Shown: in pieces, positions 9,959 through 19,534 of the stretch
Layout of the letters: every line of letters starts with the position of its first letter
Numbering within the stretch: the stretch's first letter is position 1
NCBI GenBank assembly: GCA_965223005.1
Contig: CBDCVK010000008.1
Coordinates: 32,001 to 96,000, forward strand
Length of the DNA: 64,000 nucleotides
Reading direction: 5' to 3'
Source of the DNA: Terriglobia bacterium
GTDB lineage: Bacteria; Acidobacteriota; Terriglobia; JAJPHL01; JAPKYU01
Notes under the pieces: generated by a model
Databases searched by the model: none
Seen by the model: the letters and a program-made list of their open reading frames with translations, nothing else
What the model was told of the DNA's origin: nothing
Made by a program: the position numbers and the translations under genes

Positions 9959-10638
9959 TGCGGTAGCCTTTCGGCGAGATAGAGGGCGCGCGTATTTCGA
10001 ATCGCTGAGACCATTAGTTTCAACGCTAGGCCTACAATGCCGATAATCCCGCCCACATCGAACAGCAGAAAAGGCCCGATACTTCCCAGATAGACCATTG
10101 GCTTATAAAGGAGATAGAGCGTCCCCACGGCCAGCAGTATCCGAAGCTCTGTTGGACCAAGTCTCAGAAAAGAGAGACGAAACACCCGCTGTACATGTGT
10201 TGCGAGAAATACTTCAGCAGTCACCATCAGGAAGGCGACCAGTACTCCCAACGCCACCAGGGGGCTCATGTAGCCCGAGAGGGCCAGGCCACCCAAGAGG
10301 AAGAAAGTCCCCACGATATCGATCACATGATCGACATAAAAACCATACCGAGGCCTCTGCCGGTTTCGGACTCTGGCCAGGGTGCCATCCATACTGTCTC
10401 CGAACCAGTTAAGCGCCAGGGCGATAACGACCAGCACCAATGCCATCCGGTTCTGGCTGGCTGCCCAGTAGGCCATTCCAGCTGAGAACATGGAAGCAAA
10501 CCCCAGGAGCGTTAAATGGTCCGAAGTGATCCACGGTGGCAGGCGCTTGGCCATCCACACCAAGGCTCGCTTTTCCGCAGCGGCCGATACGCTCCCGTTT
10601 TCCCGGATATGTATTGGATTTGTCTCGTTCTGCATCAT
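9955..10638 (-). CDS. CDP-alcohol phosphatidyltransferase family protein
   Basis: Signature DSMDGTLAR-x7-YGFYVDHVID. Confidence 0.9.
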   Translation of the reverse strand: MMQNETNPIHIRENGSVSAAAEKRALVWMAKRLPPWITSDHLTLLGFASMFSAGMAYWAASQNRMALVLVVIALALNWFGDSMDGTLARVRNRQRPRYGFYVDHVIDIVGTFFLLGGLALSGYMSPLVALGVLVAFLMVTAEVFLATHVQRVFRLSFLRLGPTELRILLAVGTLYLLYKPMVYLGSIGPFLLFDVGGIIGIVGLALKLMVSAIRNTRALYLAERLPQ

Positions 10639-11027
10639 TAGTGTCCTCTTCTTAAGGACTGCCCATTCTTAACAGCCGGCGTGCATTCCGAGTTCTCACG
10701 CCGGGAACCTGACAGTCCGGCTATCCCTTCTAATAGCTAATGTGAAATCGAGATCAAAAACGGCTCAAGATAAATATCGGGGGCGTGGAGGCGCCGCTGT
10801 TCTTCACCAGTGGAGGGCAGGTAAACGCACAGATCCCGTTTGAGCTGGAGGCGACGAGCCGGCCGCAGGTGGTTGTGAAGACACGGCGCGATGGCAGCGG
10901 GCCGGAGGTGGGCTGGTAGCATCAGGACCCTCGCCCGACCCGCGAGCCGGAAGCCTCGCAAGCCCCTTCCGCCGCGAACTCCCCGAAGTAGCTTTTTCTC
11001 AGGCATTCTCAACAGACCCCCCTCGCG

Positions 11028-11056
11028 TTGACTTGCCAGCGGGCGGGGCGTAGCAT
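11028..11056 (+). promoter_or_regulatory. Sigma70-like promoter
   Basis: TTGACT-17 nt-TAGCAT upstream of the kinase fragment. Confidence 0.5.
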
Positions 11057-11079
11057 GGCCGCACCGAGGGGGGCTTCCT

Positions 11080-11180
11080 ATGATTGGCCAGACGCTCGGA
11101 CGCTACGGTATCGTCGAGAAGCCCAGAGAAGGCGGCATGGGCGTCGTTTACAAGGCTGAAGACACGCGGCTGACCCGCGA
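11080..11180 (+). pseudogene. N-terminal fragment of a Ser/Thr kinase
   Basis: MIGQTLGRYGIVEKPREGGMGVVYKAEDTRL (subdomain I), after which similarity is lost. Confidence 0.75.
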
Positions 11181-11402
11181 CAGTCGCGACAGGACGGCTG
11201 GCGTTGCTCTTCAGCCAAGAGAAGTTCGAATGGGGAACTCCGGATCGAATCAGAAACGGGTGATCTATCAGAGAACCTACCCTGCCACCCTAGTGGGGGC
11301 AGGGCGGAAGGGGTTCCGGCATGACTAAATCTGTTCTTGGCTCTCTGTTCCTGATCTTGGCGCCGCTTCTTACGTTTGCTGATGAACCCTGGGGAAAAGC
11401 CC

Positions 11403-11427
11403 GGTTCGAGTCCCGTCGGCCCCGCCA
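11403..11427 (+). repeat. att-type copy of the tRNA-Asp 3' end
   Basis: Identical to 5841-5865. Confidence 0.9.
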
Positions 11428-11459
11428 ATCTTTCCAAGGACTTAGCCATTCCCACATCT

Positions 11460-11570
11460 CGTAACTTGTGTTTAGAATCCCGCAGGGCTTCCGGTCCAGG
11501 GCTTTAACGGTCGCCATGACGGTCTCCGGTATTGATTAGCATACATGTTCATTGTCGTGCTGGCCTGCTG
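11460..11570 (-). pseudogene. Eroded tyrosine-integrase C-terminal remnant
   Basis: ASTTMNMYA (resembles the catalytic-Tyr box), then a frameshift to IPETVMATVKALDRK; points toward the att repeat. Confidence 0.45.
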
Positions 11571-11882
11571 CGAAACGGGCAAGAATAGCTGTGGATTTCG
11601 CCGTTGGACCAACCGGCGGTCAAAGGTACCAGCGCTGGTGTTGGCCTGGAGTCTGCCAGTGCGGCGCGCGGAAGCCCACAGTTTCACTGGGCAGGTCAAC
11701 ATGCCGGAGGACTCTCATTTAGGCCGGTCCAATTCTTGGGAAGCAGGTCAGTAGCATTCCTCGCTAAAAAGTCGCAGTGAAGCTTCCCGTTGAGGGACAG
11801 TTTCGAAACGGGAATCGACGCTTCTTCTAACTTCCAGAAAGAAAAGGGAATGGGCTGGCATGCCACGTGCATTGCATGAACT

Positions 11883-13253
11883 GTGTTCCCGGCCTGGAGC
11901 CTGCTGTTGCCCCTGTTGCCGCTGGCCGGCATTCTGGCCATGGTCGGGTTCATGGCGCTGCGGCGCTGGCGGCGAGGTCGCCGGTTTGCGCGGCGCGATG
12001 ACCTGCGGCGTCAGTGGGTGGAGCGGCTCCCAGTGCTGCTGTCGGGTGTGGAGATTTCCCGGGTCGAACTGGCCACGCGGGATCGGCGCGAGACGCTGGA
12101 GACGCTGGTTATCGATCGCCTGGAAGTCGCTACCGGGCAGGAGGCGCAACGGCTGAGGAAGCTGTTGGAGCGCGCTGGCTTTCTGGACCGCCACGTGGAC
12201 TGGCTGCGGCGCGGCAAGCACTGGCAGAAGCTGCAATCGGCTGCCCTGCTGGGCAGAGCCGGCGCTCGTGTGGCAGTGCCAGCTTTGATAGACCTCCTGC
12301 GCGACCCCTCTCCGGAGTTGCGCCAGGCTGCCGCCCGGGCCCTGGCAGCTATCGGCGACCCGCTAGCGGCTTCGGCCTTGATCCAGTGCGTCGCCGAACC
12401 CGCCCTGCCGCTGCACCCTACCATTTGGTTGCACGCGGCGGTCGGCTGCCGCATCCCGAGGGGATCTCTGATTTTGCTGCTGCACGACCAGCGAGCGCAG
12501 GTGCGCACCCTGGCAGCCCGCGCTCTGAGTGAGTTGCCTGAACCAGCCACCTTCGATCAGGTGCAGGAATTTGCTTTTGATCCCGACGAAGAAGTGCGCG
12601 CGCAAATAGCCCGAATTCTGGGACGCACCGCTGACCCGCGAGCTGCGCCAATACTGGTCGTGCTGGCGAGAGATTTCGCTTGGTTCGTGCGCCTGCGAGC
12701 CTTGGCGGGCATCGGGGACTTGAACCGTCCAGAGTGCCTGGACGCAGTGCTGCATGCGACACGCGATTCCCATTTTCAGGTACGACAGCGCGCTGCCACG
12801 ACCCTGGCGCGCCTGGCCGCCAAACCCTTACCCGTTCTGCGCTACTTGATGAATGCAGGAGACCGCTACGCCCTGGAGGCGTACCTGTCGCTGCTGGGCC
12901 GCAGCGGGTTACTGTGGCGTACGATTGCGCTACTGCTGTCTGCACAAGCCGAGGAACGCCAGGAAGCCACCAGCCTGTTGTGTGCCGCACTCCGCGCCGG
13001 GGTTGCCCAAGAGTTCCTATATGCGCTGGAAACGCACCCCGATTTTCGGGTTCGCTTGAAAGTGGCGAGACTGCTCGTTCAACACCCTAGCCCGGCTATT
13101 GCTCCAGCCATCGAGCAAATCCAGGCTCGCGCCACCGACGGTCGGCAGCAGCGCGTGCTGCGCTGGCTGAGTGAACAGTTACAAGCGGCCCTGGTCGCAC
13201 CGGCTGCCTATGAGCCTCCCCGAGGTCGTCATGCGCTGGCTGATCGCGTTTAA
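11883..13253 (+). CDS. Membrane-anchored HEAT-repeat protein
   Basis: N-terminal TM; repeated L.D....VR..AA..L motifs; overlaps the GT2 gene. Confidence 0.85.
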   Translation: MFPAWSLLLPLLPLAGILAMVGFMALRRWRRGRRFARRDDLRRQWVERLPVLLSGVEISRVELATRDRRETLETLVIDRLEVATGQEAQRLRKLLERAGFLDRHVDWLRRGKHWQKLQSAALLGRAGARVAVPALIDLLRDPSPELRQAAARALAAIGDPLAASALIQCVAEPALPLHPTIWLHAAVGCRIPRGSLILLLHDQRAQVRTLAARALSELPEPATFDQVQEFAFDPDEEVRAQIARILGRTADPRAAPILVVLARDFAWFVRLRALAGIGDLNRPECLDAVLHATRDSHFQVRQRAATTLARLAAKPLPVLRYLMNAGDRYALEAYLSLLGRSGLLWRTIALLLSAQAEERQEATSLLCAALRAGVAQEFLYALETHPDFRVRLKVARLLVQHPSPAIAPAIEQIQARATDGRQQRVLRWLSEQLQAALVAPAAYEPPRGRHALADRV

Positions 13254-14652
13254 CCAATTCGTTGTCCTCTACTACCTGTATTCCGCGGTCCACTACCTGC
13301 TGTTAATGGTGGCCTCGTTGTGGTCCAGCGTGCAACACCAGCGGCGCATAAAGAACCTCTCGCTTCAGGAGATCTACTCCTCGCCTTTCACGCCTCCCAT
13401 TTCGTTGTTGGTCCCGGCCTACAACGAAGAGGCCACTGTTGTGGAGTCGGTCCGCTCACTGCTGTCCTTGAACTACCCGGAATTGGAAGTGGTGGTGATT
13501 AACGACGGCAGCGAGGACCAGACGCTGGCCCGGCTGGAGGGCGCCTTCCGGTTGATCCGGACTCAGTACGTCATTGCTCCGCGGCTGAAGACCCAAACGG
13601 TGCGCGCCGCTTATGTCAGCTTGACCGAACCCCGTCTTCTGGTACTGGACAAAGAAAATGGCGGCGGTAAAGCGGATGCGCTGAACGCCGGCATCAACGT
13701 CGCCCGCAACCCCTATTTCTGTGCGCTGGATGCTGACGCAGTGCTGGAAAGCGACGCATTGTTGCGGATGGCGCTGCCCATGGTGCTGGACCCGGAGCGG
13801 GTGGTGGCGGTCGGCGGCATCGTGCGGGTGGTGAACGGGTGCAGGGTCGCCTCCGGACGGGTCACCGGCGTTCACCTGCCGCGTCCCAGTATAGAAGCCA
13901 TCCAGGTGGTGGAGTACCTGCGGGCCTTCCTGTTCGGCCGTGAGGGCTGGAGCGCGTTGAATGGCATGCTGATTATCTCCGGGGCCTTTGGCTGTTTTTC
14001 CCGCCAAATGGTGTTGGAATTGGGCGGCTACCGCGCGGACGCGATCGCGGAGGACATGGATCTGGTGGTGCGGATGCATCTGCACCTGCGGCGCCAACGG
14101 GGGAGTTCTTATCGCATCCGCTTCATCCCCGACCCGGTCTGCTGGACCGAGGTGCCCAGCGACCTGGCCTCTCTGGCGGGCCAGCGGAAGCGCTGGCAAA
14201 AGGGCCTGGTCCAGGTGCTCTGGCGCTACCGCTCCATGATGCTGAACCCGCGCTACGGGTTCATCGGGCTGGTAGCATTCCCCTACCACGTTGTGGTGGA
14301 ACTGCTGGGAGCGGTGGTGGAACTGCTCGGCTGGCTTGCCATCCTAACTGCGGCCTTGCTGGGAGTGCTCACCTGGGCCACCTTTGTTTATTTCATGATC
14401 CTGGCTTATCTGGTGGGCACGTTGGTCTCCATTGGTTCGGTCGTCCTAGAGGAGATCACCTACCGCCGCTATCAGAAGATCAGCGAGGTGGCACGGCTGC
14501 TTCTCCTGTGCACCCTGGAGTTCTTCCCTTACCGGCAGTTTCTGGTGTTCTGGCGGGTAGTGGCAATGATCGAACTGCTGGCGGGCAAGCGAGCCTGGGG
14601 CCGGATGAACCGGCGCGGCTTTACCCCAGCACATCCCTCCGGGGGTGTCTAG
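13210..14652 (+). CDS. Processive GT2 glycosyltransferase (PgaC/IcaA-like)
   Basis: PAYNEE, DGS, GKADALN, DAD, AEDMD and QRKRW motifs; N- and C-terminal TMs. Confidence 0.9.
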   Translation: MSLPEVVMRWLIAFNQFVVLYYLYSAVHYLLLMVASLWSSVQHQRRIKNLSLQEIYSSPFTPPISLLVPAYNEEATVVESVRSLLSLNYPELEVVVINDGSEDQTLARLEGAFRLIRTQYVIAPRLKTQTVRAAYVSLTEPRLLVLDKENGGGKADALNAGINVARNPYFCALDADAVLESDALLRMALPMVLDPERVVAVGGIVRVVNGCRVASGRVTGVHLPRPSIEAIQVVEYLRAFLFGREGWSALNGMLIISGAFGCFSRQMVLELGGYRADAIAEDMDLVVRMHLHLRRQRGSSYRIRFIPDPVCWTEVPSDLASLAGQRKRWQKGLVQVLWRYRSMMLNPRYGFIGLVAFPYHVVVELLGAVVELLGWLAILTAALLGVLTWATFVYFMILAYLVGTLVSIGSVVLEEITYRRYQKISEVARLLLLCTLEFFPYRQFLVFWRVVAMIELLAGKRAWGRMNRRGFTPAHPSGGV

Positions 14653-14776
14653 TCTTAGGGCAGAAGAGGGGTCATTCATCCCGACTACAGCGGGGTGGCC
14701 CAGCCTGCAGCATAGCCGCGCTTCCCGCGCGTTTCATACTCTGACCTCTGCGAGCGCTCTCCCTCGGCCGCAATGT

Positions 14777-15169
14777 CTATTTTGTTTTAAATGTGAATTT
14801 GAAAGGAACTAGAGGGTTTCCACTCTTGTCTTTGAAGTTTTTAAACTTTTGGCTATTTATCCAAATGACATATTCTTTATTGGGCTCCAATTTTACAGGC
14901 AATACATTGCGTGTGTAGTTGTTCGTATAGTGTGGCTGCCCTGTCATCTCCGGGAAGTCGTTCTTATTCGTATATGCCCATGACCAATTCTGATCCATCA
15001 TTTCCTCATTGAATGTTGCTGATATTTCGTTTGTAGACGGGTCGACATCCTGGCTCCCATTTGGTGGGGATGTACCGACAACAAGGGGGGCCTCGGTGTC
15101 TTTGCTGCTGCACCCTGCAGAGATAATGATCAGCACGATCATTAGAACAAACAGAACCTTCTGGATCAT
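14777..15169 (-). CDS. Lipoprotein with Ig-like (Big_5-type) domain; AT-rich
   Basis: Lipobox ISAGC; PLVVGTSPPNG..DVDP, ISATFNEEM, LEPNKEY, KDKSGNPL. Confidence 0.8.
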   Translation of the reverse strand: MIQKVLFVLMIVLIIISAGCSSKDTEAPLVVGTSPPNGSQDVDPSTNEISATFNEEMMDQNWSWAYTNKNDFPEMTGQPHYTNNYTRNVLPVKLEPNKEYVIWINSQKFKNFKDKSGNPLVPFKFTFKTK

Positions 15170-15382
15170 TTGAGAACCTCCTTACAAAGCCTGTGGACAC
15201 CTAACTCTTGTTCATGCTGATTCGCATAACGCCTCGTCCCGGTCAGCACGATAAATGATCATTCGATTCCTCGTCAAACTGGCCGAGGATGTTGTCGTCC
15301 AGAAGAAGGTCTCCTAAATCTTCCAGCTACGATGCTGTGCCCTGAGCTTTTTGCCTCAGTCTGGATTATACTTCCACCCTGC

Positions 15383-15745
15383 ATGTTTGAGCCGGAGCGG
15401 TACATCTCCCTTACAACGTTCCGCCGATCGGGACAGCCTGTTTCGGCGCCCGTTTGGTTCGTGGAGGACGCAGGCAAACTGTACGTGAGAACCGAAGCGC
15501 AAACCGGCAAGGTCAAGAGGCTGCGCAACAATCCCCAGGTGGAAGTGGCGCCCTGCACAGCGAGGGGAAAACCCAAGGGGTCGGCGGTTAAGGCCCTCTG
15601 CCGGATACTCAATCCGCCCGAGGAGCCCCGCCCCAGGAGCTTGATCTCGAAGAAGTACGGCTGGCAGGTTCGGATCGTAGACTGGATTGTCCGGCTGCAA
15701 CGTAAGCGACCCGTCTTTTTGGAGATCAACCTTAGCTCGGCTTGA
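15383..15745 (+). CDS. PPOX-class (F420/FMN split-barrel) oxidoreductase
   Basis: YISLTTFRRSG.PVSAPVWF, GKVKRLRNNPQVEVAPC..RG, KKYG. Confidence 0.85.
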   Translation: MFEPERYISLTTFRRSGQPVSAPVWFVEDAGKLYVRTEAQTGKVKRLRNNPQVEVAPCTARGKPKGSAVKALCRILNPPEEPRPRSLISKKYGWQVRIVDWIVRLQRKRPVFLEINLSSA

Positions 15746-15776
15746 ACCGTTGCCGTCGAAGCGTGGGAGGAATGCA

Positions 15777-17123
15777 ATGCCTGGCTTGAAACGAGTGACG
15801 GTTCTTTGGCTGCCATTAGGGCTGCCACTGGCCCTGGTCCTCATCCTTTCGCTGCAGGAAACCTGGCACCGCCTTTTGCCGCCGGCAGGCGCGTCAAAGG
15901 CGCCATTATTGATGGCGCCAGTAACGATGGTGGAAGTCACCGGCGAGGGACGCCGGTACTGGCCGCGTTGGCGCGGGCCCTCAGGGCAGGGGTTGGCCGT
16001 CGACTCGGGCTATCCCGACACCTGGTCGGATCGGGAAAACGTTCTCTGGAAGGTCAAGGTCCCCGGGAAGGGCAACTCCTCTCCCGTGATCTGGGGCGAC
16101 CGCATCTTTCTGACGACGGCCTACGACAACGGGAGCCGACGGTCGATTCTGAGCTTCCAGCGCGAGGATGGCCAGCAGCTCTGGGAGGCTTTTGCTCCGA
16201 AAGGACGTCCTGAGAGGGCTCACGCCAAGAACGGCTACGCTTCGGGCACACCAGCTACCGACGGTAAGCGGGTCTACGCCTATCTCGGGAATCATGGCTT
16301 GCTGGCCGTGGACTTCAACGGCAAACAAGTCTGGCATCACGATCTGGGCCCGATGAATCCTTTCCACGGCGCCGCCGGCTCTCCGCTGCTTTACCGGGAT
16401 CGCGTGATCATCTATCAAGACCATCGCGCGTCCTCCGGGTCGTTTGTCGCGGCATTTGACAAGCGGACTGGCAAGAAACTGTGGTGGACCGAGCGCCGGG
16501 AGAAGACCGGCTGGGGCTCACCGGTGGCGGTGCGCGTTGGGGACCGCGATGAGATCATTGTCAGCAGTCAGAAATGGGTCTATGCCTATGATCCGGACAG
16601 CGGCAGAGAGTTGTGGCGCTGCGCGGGGAACCTGGTTGAGGTGACGCCCACTCCGGTAGTGGGCCACGGCCTGATTTTTTGCAGTTCCGGCCGGGCAGGC
16701 CCGACGTTGGCGATCCGTCCCGGAGGATCGGGCGATGTCACCGGCACGCACCTCGTCTGGCAGACGCCGAAGGGCTCCCCGTTCATCCCCTCGCCGCTGC
16801 TCTACGGGGATTACCTCTACCTCGTCAACGACATGGTGGGGATCGCCACCTGCTACGAGGCAAAAACGGGCAAGCTGATGTGGCAGGGCCGGCTGGCCGA
16901 AACCCGGCGCGAATTGTTCTCGGCGTCCCCGGTGGGGGTGGACGGCAAGGTGTTTTTCACGAGCGACGACGGCGAAACATTTGTGCTCAAAGCCGGGGCG
17001 GAATTCAAACTTCTGGGCGTCAATCGCCTCAGCGAACGCACGCTGGCTTCGCCGGCGCTGGTGGATGGCCGCTGGTATTTCCGCACCGCCGCTCACTTGG
17101 TCTGCATTGGCCGGCCTTCGTGA
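15777..17123 (+). CDS. PQQ-like beta-propeller repeat protein
   Basis: WPRWRGPSGQG, VLWKVKVPGKGNSSP, repeated G..LW blades; N-terminal TM. Confidence 0.88.
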   Translation: MPGLKRVTVLWLPLGLPLALVLILSLQETWHRLLPPAGASKAPLLMAPVTMVEVTGEGRRYWPRWRGPSGQGLAVDSGYPDTWSDRENVLWKVKVPGKGNSSPVIWGDRIFLTTAYDNGSRRSILSFQREDGQQLWEAFAPKGRPERAHAKNGYASGTPATDGKRVYAYLGNHGLLAVDFNGKQVWHHDLGPMNPFHGAAGSPLLYRDRVIIYQDHRASSGSFVAAFDKRTGKKLWWTERREKTGWGSPVAVRVGDRDEIIVSSQKWVYAYDPDSGRELWRCAGNLVEVTPTPVVGHGLIFCSSGRAGPTLAIRPGGSGDVTGTHLVWQTPKGSPFIPSPLLYGDYLYLVNDMVGIATCYEAKTGKLMWQGRLAETRRELFSASPVGVDGKVFFTSDDGETFVLKAGAEFKLLGVNRLSERTLASPALVDGRWYFRTAAHLVCIGRPS

Positions 17124-17152
17124 TCCGCTCGTCACCACCGCCACCAGCGCGC

Positions 17153-19534
17153 TCAGTCCAGATAGGCCAGCTCATTGGAGCCTAGAAGGACCTGGGCGTA
17201 CTCTTCCCAGGGTTGGCAGCCTACCGTGGCTTCCCGCCGACCCAGGAACGTGAGAGCGAGATCAACCTCGTGCGCTCTCGGCTCGCGGCCCAGGGTCATG
17301 CGATAGAGAGTCGCGATCCTGGCGTTGGAGTCCTGCAGATGGTCAACCCGCGCCGCCAGCCTTTCAGCCTGGTGCTGCATCCACCTGCTGTTGAGCACGA
17401 AGAGCTGCTGAAGCGGAGTGGTGGTGACCTGGCGCTTGGGAATGTGCTGCGTCGCAACTGGGAAATCGTAAAGGTGCAAGAATGGATGCAGCCGGCCGCG
17501 GCTGGTCTTCGAATAGACCGACCGGCGGGCGGGGCCTTCGACGTCGACATCTTCGGAAGGTCCGCCCATCGTCAGGTCGAGCTCGCCTGATGCTTGCAGA
17601 ATCGCGTCCCGCCAGGCTTCGATCTCCAGCCGACGCGGATTCATCCGCCACAGCCAACGATTCGTCGGGTCGGCCAGCTGCGCCGATTCGATGCTGCGGC
17701 TCGCTTGCCGGTACGTTGCTGAAAGTAGGATCTCGCGGTGCAGCCATTTGAGGGACCAGCCGTTGTTGACGAAGCGAGCTGCAAGGTCGTTCAGGAGTTG
17801 CGGGTGCGTAGGCCTCTGCCCCTGTGTACCGAAGTCGGAAGGCGTTCGGACCAGATGCTCGCCGAAGTGCCAACCCCAGACGCGGTTGACCCACACGCGC
17901 GCGGCCAGCGGACCGGCTTCGCCGACGATCTTGTCGGCCAACTCCAAACGTCCTGAGCCTTGCCGGAACGAGTTGGGTTCGCCCTCGGAGAAGACCGTGA
18001 GGAACCGCCGCGGGACGATCTTGCCCGGGTTGGCGACATTGCCGCGGATGAATACTGGCAGGTCGCGGGGCTGGCCCGGGCGCAGGTCGATCCAAGTGAC
18101 CGTGGGTGTGCTGCCATCGATCCACACTCCGCAGTCGACGACGGCGTGGGTCAACGGCGTGTCGTCTTCGCATAAGCGCGCATCGAGCTCTCGAATCTCC
18201 GCCTTCATCGCCTGAATACGGGGATGCAGCTCTTCAGCGATGGTACTCAGCTCCTTGAGAAGGCCGTACTGGCCCTTGAGGCGGTAGAACCTCTCGTGAT
18301 CCCAAACCAGTTTTTCCGCCGCTTCGGAATCCATTTCGACGATCGGCCGTTTGACCAGCCACTGGCTGGCGAACACGCCCGCCAGGCCGTAGTAGTCCTC
18401 GTTGGTGATGGGGTCGAACTTGTGGTCGTGGCAGCGGGCGCAGGCGACGGTGAGACCGAGCAGCCCGCGAGAGACACCATCGACCCGCTCGTCCCAGTCG
18501 TCGCTCGCCAGAGTCTCGATCACGTCGCGCGAGAGTCGCGGGTCCTTGTGATACATGGGCGAGTTGCCGATGTAACCGAGCGCCCTCATGTCGGCCGGCT
18601 CGAAACCCGGCAGCAGGTCGGCGGCAAACTGCATGCGGAGGAAGCGAGGGTAGGGAATATCCTTGTTGAAGGCCTCGATGACCCAGTCTCGGTAGCGCCA
18701 GGCGAATTCGTGCGGCTGGTTGGTCGACTCGCTGGTGGGGTGGTCTTCGGCCCAGCGCGCCACGTCGAGCCAATGGCGTCCCCAACGTTCGCCGTACCGC
18801 GGCGATGCCAGCAGGCGCTCGATCAACTCTTCATAGGCTGTTGGTGAGGGATCGGCGAGAAACGCTTCGACCTCTTTGTAGCTCGGCGGCAGTCCGGTCA
18901 AGTCGAGCGAAGCGCGCCGGATCAGCGCACGGTGGTCGGCCTCGGGCGACGGCTCCAGGTCGTTTTCTTCGAGCCTGGCGAGCACGAACGCGTCGATCTT
19001 GCGCCGCACCCAGCCGCGGTGGCTGAAGGAGGGCGCCTGCAACTCGGCCAGAGGCTGAAAAGCCCACCAGCGGCGGCCCTCTTCGATCGGCGTGCCCGGG
19101 CCGGAGCTGTCGGGTTTTTCGGCCTCCCCAGAGCTGTTGGGTTTTGTGGCCTCCGAGGTTGCGCTGGGCTCGTCGATGCGCGGGTCCTGGGCGCCGTCAG
19201 CAATCCAGGTGGCAAAATCCGCGATCACGCGGTCAGGCAGCTTTCCGGTCGGCGGCATCTTGAGCGAAGGGTCTTGATAGCGGAGCGCCTTGATCAGCAG
19301 GCTCTGATCCGGCCGCCCGGGCACCAGCGCCGGGCCCGAAGCGCCGCCGCGCCGGAGCGCGTCGCGCGAGTCCACACGTAAGCCGCCCATGGGCTCGTCG
19401 AGCCGAGCCGAGTGGCACCCCATGCACTGCTCGATCAGCACGGGCCGAATCCTGCGCTCGAAGTGTTCGATCTCCGGGCTCTGAGCCGAGCCGACGAGCG
19501 CCGCCGCGGCCACGAGGAGCGTCAGGCGCATCAT
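17153..19534 (-). CDS. PSD1/planctomycete cytochrome c protein (DUF1549+DUF1553)
   Basis: CMGCH heme motif, IDAF, YGERWGRHWLD, CARCHDHKFD, ARVWVNRVW, PTHPQLL. Confidence 0.9.
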   Translation of the reverse strand: MMRLTLLVAAAALVGSAQSPEIEHFERRIRPVLIEQCMGCHSARLDEPMGGLRVDSRDALRRGGASGPALVPGRPDQSLLIKALRYQDPSLKMPPTGKLPDRVIADFATWIADGAQDPRIDEPSATSEATKPNSSGEAEKPDSSGPGTPIEEGRRWWAFQPLAELQAPSFSHRGWVRRKIDAFVLARLEENDLEPSPEADHRALIRRASLDLTGLPPSYKEVEAFLADPSPTAYEELIERLLASPRYGERWGRHWLDVARWAEDHPTSESTNQPHEFAWRYRDWVIEAFNKDIPYPRFLRMQFAADLLPGFEPADMRALGYIGNSPMYHKDPRLSRDVIETLASDDWDERVDGVSRGLLGLTVACARCHDHKFDPITNEDYYGLAGVFASQWLVKRPIVEMDSEAAEKLVWDHERFYRLKGQYGLLKELSTIAEELHPRIQAMKAEIRELDARLCEDDTPLTHAVVDCGVWIDGSTPTVTWIDLRPGQPRDLPVFIRGNVANPGKIVPRRFLTVFSEGEPNSFRQGSGRLELADKIVGEAGPLAARVWVNRVWGWHFGEHLVRTPSDFGTQGQRPTHPQLLNDLAARFVNNGWSLKWLHREILLSATYRQASRSIESAQLADPTNRWLWRMNPRRLEIEAWRDAILQASGELDLTMGGPSEDVDVEGPARRSVYSKTSRGRLHPFLHLYDFPVATQHIPKRQVTTTPLQQLFVLNSRWMQHQAERLAARVDHLQDSNARIATLYRMTLGREPRAHEVDLALTFLGRREATVGCQPWEEYAQVLLGSNELAYLD

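Larger units (their letters stand above)
5866..11427. mobile_element. Genomic island integrated at the tRNA-Asp 3' end; no intact integrase inside
   Basis: 25-bp direct repeat ggttcgagtcccgtcggccccgcca at 5841-5865 and 11403-11427; lower-GC cargo and gene fragments between. Confidence 0.8.

Noticed and set aside
10995-11025. Possible IS terminal repeat (ttctcaacagaccc)
   Set aside because: No matching second end and no transposase found.
15195-15235. Integron attC site
   Set aside because: GTTRRRY-like core present, but no matching RYYYAAC arm after the gene and no integron integrase.
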